The notes under the pieces were generated by a model. The model had not been told where the DNA came from. It saw only the letters and a list, made by a program, of their open reading frames with translations, and ran no database searches. From contig CAWANH010000029.1 of the NCBI GenBank assembly GCA_963783375.1, positions 1,056,001-1,120,000 on the forward strand: a DNA stretch of 64,000 nt. The letters run 5' to 3'. Made by a program: the position numbers and the translations under genes. Shown here piece after piece: positions 21,714-30,692 of this stretch. This DNA comes from Candidatus Eiseniibacteriota bacterium. GTDB taxonomy: Bacteria; Eisenbacteria; RBG-16-71-46; JABDJR01. Numbering within the stretch: the stretch's first letter is position 1; every line of letters begins with the position of its first letter.

Positions 21714-22351
21714 CGGTGACACCCCGAGCAGTTGGTGGTCGGATTGATGTTGTTGGCCTTCTTGAGTTTCATCCCCAGGGTGAGCTGGTCCCCCGGCGGT
21801 TGGTAGCCCATGGTGGTTACCTGGTCCTTGGGCCGGAGGAACTTCTCGGGATGGCGGTGGCAATCGAGGCACCAGGCCATGTTGAGGGGCTTGGCCTGGA
21901 ACACCCGCTCCATCTGGTCGATCCGACCGTGGCAGCTTTCGCAACCCACTCCCGAGTTCACGTGGATGCTGTGGTTGAAGTAGACGAAGTCGGGGGAATG
22001 GTGGACGCGGACCCACTCCACCGGCATCCCGGTGGCAAAGCTCTCCCGCACCGGCAAGAGCTTCTCGCTCTCGGGCTTGATCAGCTTGTGGCAGTTCATG
22101 CAGGTCTGGGTGGCGGGAACCATGGCCACCGGCGAGCGCTCGACCCCCACGTGGCAGTACCGGCAGTCCATGCCGAGGTCGCCGGCGTGAAGCTTGTGAC
22201 TGTAGGGGACGGGCTGCTCCGGCGAGTACCCCACCTGGGTGGTGTAGGGCGAGAGGTTGTAGGTGGCGAATGCGATGACCCCCACGAAGAGCAGGGTTCC
22301 CACCGCTCCGGCCCAAAAGGGCGCCCGATTGGACCACTTGGGAAACAACAT
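21710..22351 (-). CDS. actA: ACIII pentaheme cytochrome c ActA
   Basis: TM anchor plus five CxxCH motifs (CRYCH, CMNCH, CESCH, CLDCH, CSGCH). Confidence 0.95.
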   Translation of the reverse strand: MLFPKWSNRAPFWAGAVGTLLFVGVIAFATYNLSPYTTQVGYSPEQPVPYSHKLHAGDLGMDCRYCHVGVERSPVAMVPATQTCMNCHKLIKPESEKLLPVRESFATGMPVEWVRVHHSPDFVYFNHSIHVNSGVGCESCHGRIDQMERVFQAKPLNMAWCLDCHRHPEKFLRPKDQVTTMGYQPPGDQLTLGMKLKKANNINPTTNCSGCHR

Positions 22352-22813
22352 GGTCTGTTTCCGTCCTCCTCGCCCGCCTCGAGACGCAGCCCGCGGTTCA
22401 ACCGCCGCCCCACGCCCCGCCGGGCCCGTTTGATAGCGGAGCAACCTCAGGTTTCGATGCGGTCCCGGGAAGGCGCCCTGGAACCGCGGAGTCGGCTCCC
22501 CACGGAAGGAAGCAGAGTCCACCCAAAGGCCGGACCGTGACAAGTGAGTCCGAAGGCCGCGAGTCCGGCACCCGGGCGAGCCACCTGATATCCGACAAGG
22601 GCGGTCCTGTTTGAGATCAAACCAACCCGTTTCGGCCTTCCCGGGAGCCCCGCGATCCGGGGATCAAGGTGCTGCCCACTTTCGAAGATGACAAAGATTG
22701 GATAACCGTCATCTACGTCTTTGCCGTCTTTCGCCCGTAAGCGCTTGTCCGAGCGGAAGTAATCCTTGTTCGAACCAACGTGCGGGAGGGCCGTTAACGG
22801 GAACCAGTCGACG

Positions 22814-22865
22814 ATCTTACTCATCCCGCCCGGGTCTGTCAGCAACTTTGTGACGAAATTCACAA
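22814..22865 (-). promoter_or_regulatory. Putative act/cta promoter with adjacent Rex- or CRP-like operator
   Basis: CTGACA-N17-TAAGAT with a TG extended -10 at 22842..22814; palindrome TTGTGACGAAATTCACAA at 22848..22865. Confidence 0.6.
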
Positions 22866-23225
22866 GTGAGACTGTCCCTCTCCGGAGCCGCCCTCGGGGG
22901 TGTAGCGGTCGAGCATGAGCCCCAGCACCCCGAGGCCCGCGGTGAAGGATCCCAGGAAGAGGAGCGGGAGGTCGGGCCAGAACATGTGGGTCTGGAAGAA
23001 GTGTGGGAGGAAGCGGGCCAGGTAGAGGAGACCGAGCCCGGACAGGATGATCTGGGCCCAGGCCGTCCGGCGCTCGGTCAGCACCGCCAGGACCATCAAC
23101 ACCACCCCGCCGGCGAGGCCGGCGATCAGGGAGCGCTCACTCCCCCACCGGGTGTAGGCCAGGATTCCTCCGGCGATCGAGACCAGCGCCAGGAGCGATC
23201 CCATCACCGCGGCCGCTCGCGTCAT
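22860..23225 (-). CDS. TMEM14-like small membrane protein
   Basis: GGILAYTRWGSERSLIAG motif and four hydrophobic segments. Confidence 0.65.
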   Translation of the reverse strand: MTRAAAVMGSLLALVSIAGGILAYTRWGSERSLIAGLAGGVVLMVLAVLTERRTAWAQIILSGLGLLYLARFLPHFFQTHMFWPDLPLLFLGSFTAGLGVLGLMLDRYTPEGGSGEGQSHL

Positions 23226-23240
23226 GGTTTTCCCTCCCTC

Positions 23241-23741
23241 TCACACGCCCCAGCCGGCCAGCCTCATGATGATCCGGAGGGCGAGGTTAGCGTAGATCCC
23301 GGCCATCAGGTCGTCGGCCACCACTCCCTGGCCGCCGGGGAGGTTCTGGGCCCGACCGGCCGGAAAGGGCTTCACCACATCCAGGATCCGGAACAGAACG
23401 AACCCGGTGAGGAGCACCGCCACCTTGGTCCCGAGGTCGGGAGCCAAACCGATCCCCAGAAACGTCACCAGCATCCCCGCCACCTCGTCGATCACGATGG
23501 CCCTGGCGTCGTGGCCGTAGAACCGCTCGGCCCGGGTACTGACCAGGACGCCCACCCAGGTCACCCCGGCCAACAGCGCCACCTGCCCCCAGATCGGCCA
23601 GCCGAGGATCCAGAGCAGGAAAGGGATCGTCGCCAGCGATCCGAAGGTGGCCGGAGCGAAGGGGGCGGCCTCTCCGATCAGGAGGAAGGTGGCGGCGAGC
23701 CGGATTCCCATCGGGGTGCCGGAGGCGGGCGAACGCTTCAT
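23241..23741 (-). CDS. pgpA: Phosphatidylglycerophosphatase A
   Basis: APATFGS, IVIDEVAG, FRILDVVKP and VVADDLMAG motifs. Confidence 0.92.
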   Translation of the reverse strand: MKRSPASGTPMGIRLAATFLLIGEAAPFAPATFGSLATIPFLLWILGWPIWGQVALLAGVTWVGVLVSTRAERFYGHDARAIVIDEVAGMLVTFLGIGLAPDLGTKVAVLLTGFVLFRILDVVKPFPAGRAQNLPGGQGVVADDLMAGIYANLALRIIMRLAGWGV

Positions 23742-24131
23742 GCCCGGCCTCGACCGACGGCAGCGGTCCGGCCGGTGGGCCAGGCATCGGCCCGGCCCTC
23801 TCTGCCGCTTCTGGGTACACGGTTCGCGACCGGAGCCCGGGATTCTTCTCTCATCGGGCGCGAACTGTAGCACGCCTTTGCCCCGATCGCCTCCCCCTTT
23901 CCCCACTACCATGCCAACTTGCGGTATCCGGCCCGGTTCCCGGGAAAGGCTACCACGTCCAACCGGGATGGGATCGGCGGCCGGCGTCGGTCCCAACTCA
24001 TGCCGGATGCGTCTATAGTTGTTTTTGATACAACATGGCGCCAAATTTCCGGATGAACGTTCATGGGCGCCCCTCCCCGTGCCGATGATCGAAGGGGAGA
24101 CGGGCCGTCGGCCAACTGGAAGGAAGCCTCC

Positions 24132-25079
24132 ATGCTGATGCAGGACTCGCAGAAACTGACCCGGAATGCCCCGGTGTTCGGGCCGGTCGATCTTCCCGAA
24201 GAGGTCGCGCTGGAGCGGCACAGCTGGCGTAACTGGATCCTGGTCACGGCCATTCTCTTCGTGACCACCACGGGGCTGGCGGCGGCCATCCTGAGCCTGC
24301 TCGAGGACCGGGGCTACAGCCCCTGGCCCTGGTCTCACAGCGACGCCGCGCTCCTGGGCGCCCTGGTGGCGGTGGAGCTCCTGTTCATCGGGTACCTCAC
24401 CGTCCAGGAGAAGCGGGTGATGGGGATGAGGAGTCATCTGGCGCGACTCCAGAAAGAGACCATCGAGCGGATGGAGGCCCACTACCGGCGCCTCGACGAC
24501 ATCCTGAAGGTGACCCGGACCACCGGCGCCACCACCGACCCTCAGGAGGTGTTCGACGTCATCACCCGGACTTGCGCCGAGACCTTCCGCTGCGACCAGG
24601 TCTCGTTCATGCTCTTCGACGCGAAGAGTGGGATGCTGGAGGTGCGGTCCGCCACCGGTCACGAGAACCTGGGCCAGGTCCTTGGGGCCCGCCAGCAACT
24701 GGGACAGGGAGTGGCGGGATGGGTGGCCGAGGCCCGCGAACCCCTCATCCTCGGGCCCCACGTCGACCCCGCCCGCTTCCGGAACCTCCAGAGCAAAGTG
24801 GCTACCCTCTCCGCGGCCATGGTGGTGCCGATCGTCCTCCGGGACGAGTTGCTCGGAGTGCTGAGCGCGAGCAGCCGGGTCGAGGGGATGCGCTACGACA
24901 AGAACGACCTTCGCGCGCTGGAGGTCTTCGCCGAGACCGCGGGGATCAGCGTTCGCCACGCCCAGCAGAGCGAGTGGATGCGGGAGACCATCCGGAAGCT
25001 CGACGCCGCCCTCCAGGAGCAGGAGATTCACCTGGGGCTCGGAAGACGGGCCCGGGAGGAAATCGCGCCGGCCGCGTGA
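24132..25079 (+). CDS. Two-TM membrane protein with coiled coil and GAF domain
   Basis: Two TM helices, then GQGVAGWVA...AMVVPI...LGVLS...YDKNDLRAL GAF signature. Confidence 0.8.
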   Translation: MLMQDSQKLTRNAPVFGPVDLPEEVALERHSWRNWILVTAILFVTTTGLAAAILSLLEDRGYSPWPWSHSDAALLGALVAVELLFIGYLTVQEKRVMGMRSHLARLQKETIERMEAHYRRLDDILKVTRTTGATTDPQEVFDVITRTCAETFRCDQVSFMLFDAKSGMLEVRSATGHENLGQVLGARQQLGQGVAGWVAEAREPLILGPHVDPARFRNLQSKVATLSAAMVVPIVLRDELLGVLSASSRVEGMRYDKNDLRALEVFAETAGISVRHAQQSEWMRETIRKLDAALQEQEIHLGLGRRAREEIAPAA

Positions 25080-25124
25080 CCGGGGCGGCGACCCGTCCGA
25101 GGCGAGGCCGGCGCCCGGGACCGG

Positions 25125-25736
25125 CTAGTCCCCCTCCTCCATCGGCTTCCGCCCGGAGAGCGCGCGGGATAGGGTGGCCTGGTCCGAGTACTCCAGGTCG
25201 CCTCCCATGGGAATGCCGCGGGCGATGCGGGTCACCCCCACCGGGTAGGGCTTGAGAAGATCGGCCAGGAAGTGCGCGGTGGCCTCGCCGGGGGGGTTGG
25301 GGTTGGTGGCCAGTATGACCTCGGTGACCTCTCCGTAGCGCACCCGCTCCACCAGCTCCCGGGAACGGATCTCGTCCGGACCGACGTTCTCCAGCGGGTT
25401 CAGGGCTCCCCGAAGCACGTGGTACTGCCCCCGGTAGCCGCCCGAGGCCTCGATGGCCAGGACGTCCATCGGCTGCTCGACCACGCAGATGGTGTCGCGC
25501 TGGCGGCGCTCGTCGCGGCAGATGAGGCAGGGGTCGTCCTCGGTGAAGTTCCCGCACACCGTGCAGGTGCGCACCTGCTCCTTCACCGCGCGGATGGCCT
25601 CGGCCAGGGCCAGCGCTTCCTCACGTCCCGTCTTCAGGAGATGGAAGGCCAAACGCTGGGCGCTCTTCCGCCCCACGCCGGGGAGCTTGGTCAGCTCCTC
25701 GACCAGGGTCTCGACGGATCGGCTGGAGAACTGCAT
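25125..25736 (-). CDS. recR: Recombination mediator RecR
   Basis: LPGVGRKSAQR, C4 zinc finger and a Toprim domain (EVILATNP, RIARGIP). Confidence 0.97.
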   Translation of the reverse strand: MQFSSRSVETLVEELTKLPGVGRKSAQRLAFHLLKTGREEALALAEAIRAVKEQVRTCTVCGNFTEDDPCLICRDERRQRDTICVVEQPMDVLAIEASGGYRGQYHVLRGALNPLENVGPDEIRSRELVERVRYGEVTEVILATNPNPPGEATAHFLADLLKPYPVGVTRIARGIPMGGDLEYSDQATLSRALSGRKPMEEGD

Positions 25737-25755
25737 GGGCGGGGCGCCGGCGCGC

Positions 25756-26082
25756 TCAGAAGAGGCCGGGGAGGTTCATCCCCCCGGTCACCTTGGCCAT
25801 CTCGGTCTGCATGAGGGTTTCGGCGTGGTTCCGGGCCTCGCGGATGGCCGCCAGCACCAGGTCCTCGAGCATCTCGACGTCGTCGGGGTCCACCGCCTCG
25901 GGCTTGATCTTGAGACCCAGCACCTCCTGCTTGCCGTTCATCCGCACGGTGACCATCCCGCCCCCCGCGGTCCCCTCCACTTCCCGGGCCTCCAGCTCTT
26001 CCTGGACCCGGGCCATCTTGGCCTGCATCTCCTGGGCCTGCTTCATGAGCTTGCCCATGTTGCCCATTCCCTTCATATGCAT
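25756..26082 (-). CDS. ybaB: YbaB/EbfC nucleoid-associated protein
   Basis: QAQEMQ, AGGGMV and DVEMLEDL motifs; lies between dnaX and recR. Confidence 0.95.
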   Translation of the reverse strand: MHMKGMGNMGKLMKQAQEMQAKMARVQEELEAREVEGTAGGGMVTVRMNGKQEVLGLKIKPEAVDPDDVEMLEDLVLAAIREARNHAETLMQTEMAKVTGGMNLPGLF

Positions 26083-26146
26083 CCGCTCCTTCGCGTGGTG
26101 ATGATGACCGAAAGCAATCCCGCCGTCCGTCCCCGGAAAACCAGTC

Positions 26147-27960
26147 CTAGGGAAGGATCTCGCCGTCGAACATGTCGAGCGCCTTCTGGAGCATCGGCTC
26201 GTCCTTGAAGATCTGACCCATGGTGCGGGTGTCCTCGGCCGCGCGCTTGGCCCGGGGCTTCTTCCCCTCCGCCGCGGGAGGGGCGGGCTCGGCCCCCGCC
26301 GCTTCGGGGGAGGCGCCCTTGGCCGGGGCACGCCGGGCGGCTTCGACCTCCGACGGGGCGACTTCGGGAGCGGCGTTCCCGGCCGGAGCGGCGGCGCGCG
26401 GCGGGCCGGGGGCACCCCGTTTCGTCCCTGGTGCGGCGGATCCCTCCAGCCGCACCGCCGGCGCGGCGCAGCCCAGATCGGCCAGGATCTCCGCCAACAG
26501 CTCCCGGGTCGTCTCCTCGGCCAGGGTGTCGGCCAGCATGCTCCCGCCCCCGGTGGCCCGGAGGATCAGGGCCCCGTCCTCGGCGGTTCCCACCGCCTCG
26601 GCGTTGTGGCAGGTGGCCCAGATGCGCTTGTTCCGCTCCTTGAGTGCCTCCATCGCGCCGGCCCAGATCCCGACGGCATCGCCTGCAGCCTTCGCGGGGG
26701 CGGCGCGCCGACTCTCACCCCCGGACCGCGAGGGGGGGGTGCCCCGGCCCTTGGCCGGGGCGCGGGGCGCCGAGGCCTCGGAGGGGCGATCGGGAGCGGC
26801 CGGAGGGGTTTTCCCCCCCAGGCGCGCCTCCAGGTCCAGGAGCCGCGCGGCGAGATCGGCCAGGGGCACCCGCGACGCGGCCTGGGCCATCTCCGCCAGG
26901 GCGAGTTCCATGGTGAGGCGCGGGTTGGGGCTCCGCCGGAGCGCCACCGTGGTGTCGGCGGCGCGCTCCACCAGATCGGTCAGGGCTTCCCGGCCGAAGG
27001 CCGCGGCCTGGGCGGTGAGACGCGGGACCTCGGTCTCCGAAGCCTCGAGTATGGAGGCCAGGGCCGGGTCGATCCGGAGCATGAGGAGGTCGCGCAGATG
27101 GCCGGCCAGCCCTTCGGCCAGCTCCCCCAGATCCGCCCCGCTGGTGTAGATGGTGTCCAGGAGGCCGAGCGCGCCCGCGGCATCGCTCGCGGCCAGGCGG
27201 TCGGCCAGGGTGAGGTAGAAGTCGGCGCCCACCAGCCCCAGGATCCGCTCCACGCTTTCCCGTTCGATCGCCCCGTCGGCGGCGGAGATGATCTGATCCA
27301 TGAGGGAGAGCGCGTCCCGCACCCCCCCGCCGCCCGCCGGGCCACCAGGGACAGGGCGTCGGGGGATGCCTCGATCCCCTCCTGCTTCATGAGCGCGGCC
27401 AGGTGGCCGGCGATCTCCCGCGAGGGGATGCGGGCGAAGTCGAAGCGCTGGCAACGGGAGAGGATGGTGGCCGGAAGCTTGAAGGGTTCGGTGGTGGCCA
27501 GGACGAAGACCACGCTGGCCGGCGGCTCTTCCAGGGTCTTGAGCAGGGCGTTGAACGCCTCGTGGGTGAGCATGTGGACTTCGTCGATGATGTAGACCTT
27601 CGACCGTCCGCCCGAGGGCGCGTAGCGGGCATTCTCGCGCAGCTCGCGCACCTCGTTGATGCCGCGGTTCGAGGCCCCGTCGATCTCCAGCACGTCCATG
27701 CTCCGGCCGCCGGTGATCTCCCGGCAGGCGTCGCATTCATTGCAGGGAACCGCGGCCGGGCCCTTCTCGCAGTTCAGGGCCTTGGCCAGGATGCGGGCGG
27801 CGGTGGTCTTTCCCACTCCGCGAGGCCCGCAGAAGAGATAGGCGTGGGCCACCCGCCCCGCGGCGATGGCGTTTCCCAGGGTGCGGGTCACGTGCTCCTG
27901 GCCCACCACGTCCTCGAACACCTGGGGGCGGTACTTTCGCGCCAGGACGAGATAGGACAT
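26147..27960 (-). CDS. dnaX: DNA polymerase III subunit gamma/tau, split by a frameshift at the G7 run 27322..27328
   Basis: [26 protein letters not shown] and SRC lie in one frame; [10 protein letters not shown] and domain III lie in another. Adding one G gives a continuous ORF of about 604 aa. Confidence 0.93.
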
Positions 27961-28018
27961 GGGTTCCCTCCGCGTTCGGGGGCGGCGGACGGGTCGGGCC
28001 GCCGCTCCGGAAGAAAAA

Positions 28019-28290
28019 GGGTCGTGCACCTGCTTTTCGACCAACACCGGGCGCCGACTACGAACGGCCAGCTCCGGCCAGGGACTCCGACGGCACACCG
28101 AGGGAATTGCTTACCGCTGCTACCTTCCGGTCCTGACGGGGTTCACAAGCCTCGATTGCGCCGGACCTGGCCCTCAACACCGCCATCTTCCGTAGTCCGC
28201 ACGCCAGATGCAGGCCTCGAGCAGGAATTCAGCCCCGCTATAGCGGATTGCGGGTACAGGGCACCGCTAACTCCCCGCCTAGCACGACCC
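28019..28290 (-). ncRNA. ffs: Signal recognition particle RNA, large (Alu-domain) type
   Basis: 5' GGTCGTGCTAGGCGGGGAGTTAGCGGTGCCCTGTACCCGCAATCCGC Alu domain; helix 8 TCAGGACCGGAAGGTAGCAGC; 3' GTGCACGACC pairs with the 5' end and is followed by a T-run; lies upstream of dnaX. Confidence 0.95.
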
Positions 28291-28408
28291 AGAACGATTC
28301 AGGCACGGTTCCGGCCGGGACGATTCCCCGGCGGAGCCGCCCGGATCCAACGGCGGGCCGACCCCGGCCGCCTCTTCCGGACCGCCGCCGCGGGCCTGAT
28401 CGGGATCC

Positions 28409-28484
28409 TGGTGGAGATGAGCGGGATCGAACCGCCGACCTCCTCGTTGCGAACGAGGCGCTCTCCCATCTGAGCTACATCCCC
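28409..28484 (-). tRNA. tRNA-Ala (CGC)
   Basis: GGGGATGTAGCTCAGATGGGAGAGCGCCTCGTT-CGC-AACGAGG...GGTTCGATCC...TCCACCA cloverleaf. Confidence 0.97.
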
Positions 28485-28719
28485 AATTCCGAGCGCCCCC
28501 CCGATGGGGGGCGGGAGCCGGATATTCTGGCACACCGCCGAGTCTTCGGGCAAGAGCCGGGGCGGCGCGGGGCGCCCCTGGGCGCGGCGATCGGGGCTTC
28601 CGGCGCAGGCTCCCGGCCCGGACCGAGCCCTGCACGCCGGGCCCGGGCGCATTTACGGCTTGCCGGAAGTCGACGAAGCGGAAACCATTGGGCCCCGTGA
28701 ACGAGACTGGAGCGTCCTC

Positions 28720-30321
28720 ATGATCCCGAGCCGGCCGCCGGGCGGCGGCGGCGACCCCATCCGCGCCGGCCGGTGGGCAGGCTACGCCTGGCTCCTCCCG
28801 GTCTGCGCGGCGGTGTTCCTGGCCGGGCAGGCGGTCCGCCCCCTCACCGACTCCAGCGAGGGCCGCTTCGCCGAGATCGCCCGGGAAATGCTCACCTCCG
28901 GCGACTGGTTCATACCCACCCTGAACCACGTTCCCCACATCCTGAAGCCGCCGCTACTGAACTGGCTCATGGCCGGCTCCATGGCCCTCTTCGGGGTGAA
29001 CGAATGGGGAGCGCGGGCGCCGGGATTCCTGGCCTTCGTGCTCACCGTGGTGCTGGTGGCGCGCCTGGCGCGGGTGCTCGGCCGGCCCGAGGCCTCGGGG
29101 TGGGCGGCGCTGCTCTACGGGCTCTCCGCCGGCCCACTCACCGCCGCCACCTTCCCCACCACCGACACCCTGCTGGTCTGTTTCGAGACCGCCGCCGCCC
29201 TGGCCTACCTGGAGCACCGCCGGGGCGCCCGCGCGGGACGTTGGTTCTTCTTCGCGGCGGCGGGTGCGGCGTTCCTGACCAAGGGACCGCCCGCTCTCCT
29301 GGTGCCGGCCGCGGTGGTGATCGGCGACCGCCTGCTCCGGCGGCGGGGCACGGAGGGGACCCGGCGACCGCTTCTGGGCTTCGGCTGGGGCTGGGCTCTG
29401 TTCGCGGTTCTGGGGCTCGGGTGGTACGTGGCGGTGGTGATCGCGCACCCCCCGGTCCTCGACTACTGGATCCATTACGAGGTCGTGGACCGGATCTTCA
29501 CGAACCACTTCGGGCGAAACCAGTCTCCGGCGATCTACCTGGCCGGGTTCGCGGGAGGGCTTCTCCCCTGGTGGTTCCTGTTTCCGGGTTTCGTCCGGCG
29601 GCGGTGGCGCGGGTTCCCACGGGAATGGCGGGGCCGGGCGGGCGCGGTGCTCCTGGCCTGGTTCGTGTTGCCGCTCATCGTGTTCACCTTCAGCAAGTCG
29701 CGGCTCGTGCTCTACGTGCTACCCCTCTTTCCGGCGCTCATCCTGGCCCTTGCGCTCGATCACCCGAGGCGCCTACGCGAGGTCCCGGGGCGCTGGTTCG
29801 GGCTCCGCCCGGGATTCGTGCTGGGCTACGCCGCGCTCTGGGCGGTGGTGTCCTGGATCTCGGTTCCCGCCGCGGGGGGAAGCAGCTGGAAGGGCGAGGC
29901 GGCCCGGCTTCGGGCGACGCTCCCCCCCGGCCCGACCGAGCTGGTGCTCTTCCGCTGGGACCGCTTGAGCTCGATCGCGTTCTACTTGAAGTCCCCGGGG
30001 GAGATCGCGGCCCTGGGGGAACGGCGACGCGGAGAGACCTGGGACACCCTGGCCGAGGAGATGCGCGAGATGCGCGACACCCCCGAGGGCGAGGCCGCGC
30101 ACCTCTTCGTGACCCACACCGGATTCGAGGAGGAGCGGTTCCGGGCGGGGATCGAGCCGCCGGCCCAGGAGGTCGGCCGCCACGGCCGCTACACGGTCTG
30201 GTTCCAGCCGCCGCTCCGTCCCGGGAAGCCGCTCGACCTTCCGCCGGATCTGGGCGAGGCGCCGAAGGGGCCGGAATTCGTCACCTTCGAGCCACGGACG
30301 GCGATGTTCGGGTTCGAGTGA
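28720..30321 (+). CDS. ArnT/PMT_2 family (GT83/GT39-like) membrane glycosyltransferase
   Basis: DSSEGRFAEIAREM...GDW, KPPL, FLTKGP and SKSRLVLYVLP motifs; many TM helices. Confidence 0.88.
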   Translation: MIPSRPPGGGGDPIRAGRWAGYAWLLPVCAAVFLAGQAVRPLTDSSEGRFAEIAREMLTSGDWFIPTLNHVPHILKPPLLNWLMAGSMALFGVNEWGARAPGFLAFVLTVVLVARLARVLGRPEASGWAALLYGLSAGPLTAATFPTTDTLLVCFETAAALAYLEHRRGARAGRWFFFAAAGAAFLTKGPPALLVPAAVVIGDRLLRRRGTEGTRRPLLGFGWGWALFAVLGLGWYVAVVIAHPPVLDYWIHYEVVDRIFTNHFGRNQSPAIYLAGFAGGLLPWWFLFPGFVRRRWRGFPREWRGRAGAVLLAWFVLPLIVFTFSKSRLVLYVLPLFPALILALALDHPRRLREVPGRWFGLRPGFVLGYAALWAVVSWISVPAAGGSSWKGEAARLRATLPPGPTELVLFRWDRLSSIAFYLKSPGEIAALGERRRGETWDTLAEEMREMRDTPEGEAAHLFVTHTGFEEERFRAGIEPPAQEVGRHGRYTVWFQPPLRPGKPLDLPPDLGEAPKGPEFVTFEPRTAMFGFE

Positions 30322-30504
30322 GGGCGACGCCCGAGGGTGCGAGGGCCGGTTGCCTGGTGCGTTCCGCCGCGGTTCGCCCGATCACGACGGTGGCGGGCGG
30401 TCGCTCACCGACTGGCTCGGGTTCATCGTGCGGGTTCGCGTTTTTGCACAACCAATGCGTTTGTATTCTGGTGGACCCGGGTACACATTGTTCACAATCA
30501 GGCG

Positions 30505-30627
30505 CCGGCGTGCTTCCCCGGGGAAGCAATGTTCGTGATAACGCCCCGGCGTGCTTCCCCGGGGAAGCAATGTTCGCGATAACGCCCCGGCATGCTTCCC
30601 CGGGGGAACAATGTTCACAATAAAGCT
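30505..30627. repeat. Three 41-bp tandem units with an 18-bp palindrome
   Basis: Units start at 30505, 30546 and 30587; consensus CCGGCGTGCTTCCCCGGGGAAGCAATGTTCGYGATAACGCC. The third copy is diverged. Confidence 0.9.
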
Positions 30628-30692
30628 GCGCTCACGAACCTGCTTGCCGGCGGAGCTGCGACCGGAGGCCCGAACCTCGCGTTGTTGATCGG

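Noticed and set aside
22447-22863. 138-aa ORF in the actA leader
   Set aside because: It overlaps the predicted promoter and operator, has atypical composition and shows no recognisable motif.
26980-27960. Classical programmed gamma/tau frameshift
   Set aside because: The shift lies inside the AAA+ module rather than after domain III, and there is no A-rich slippery site.
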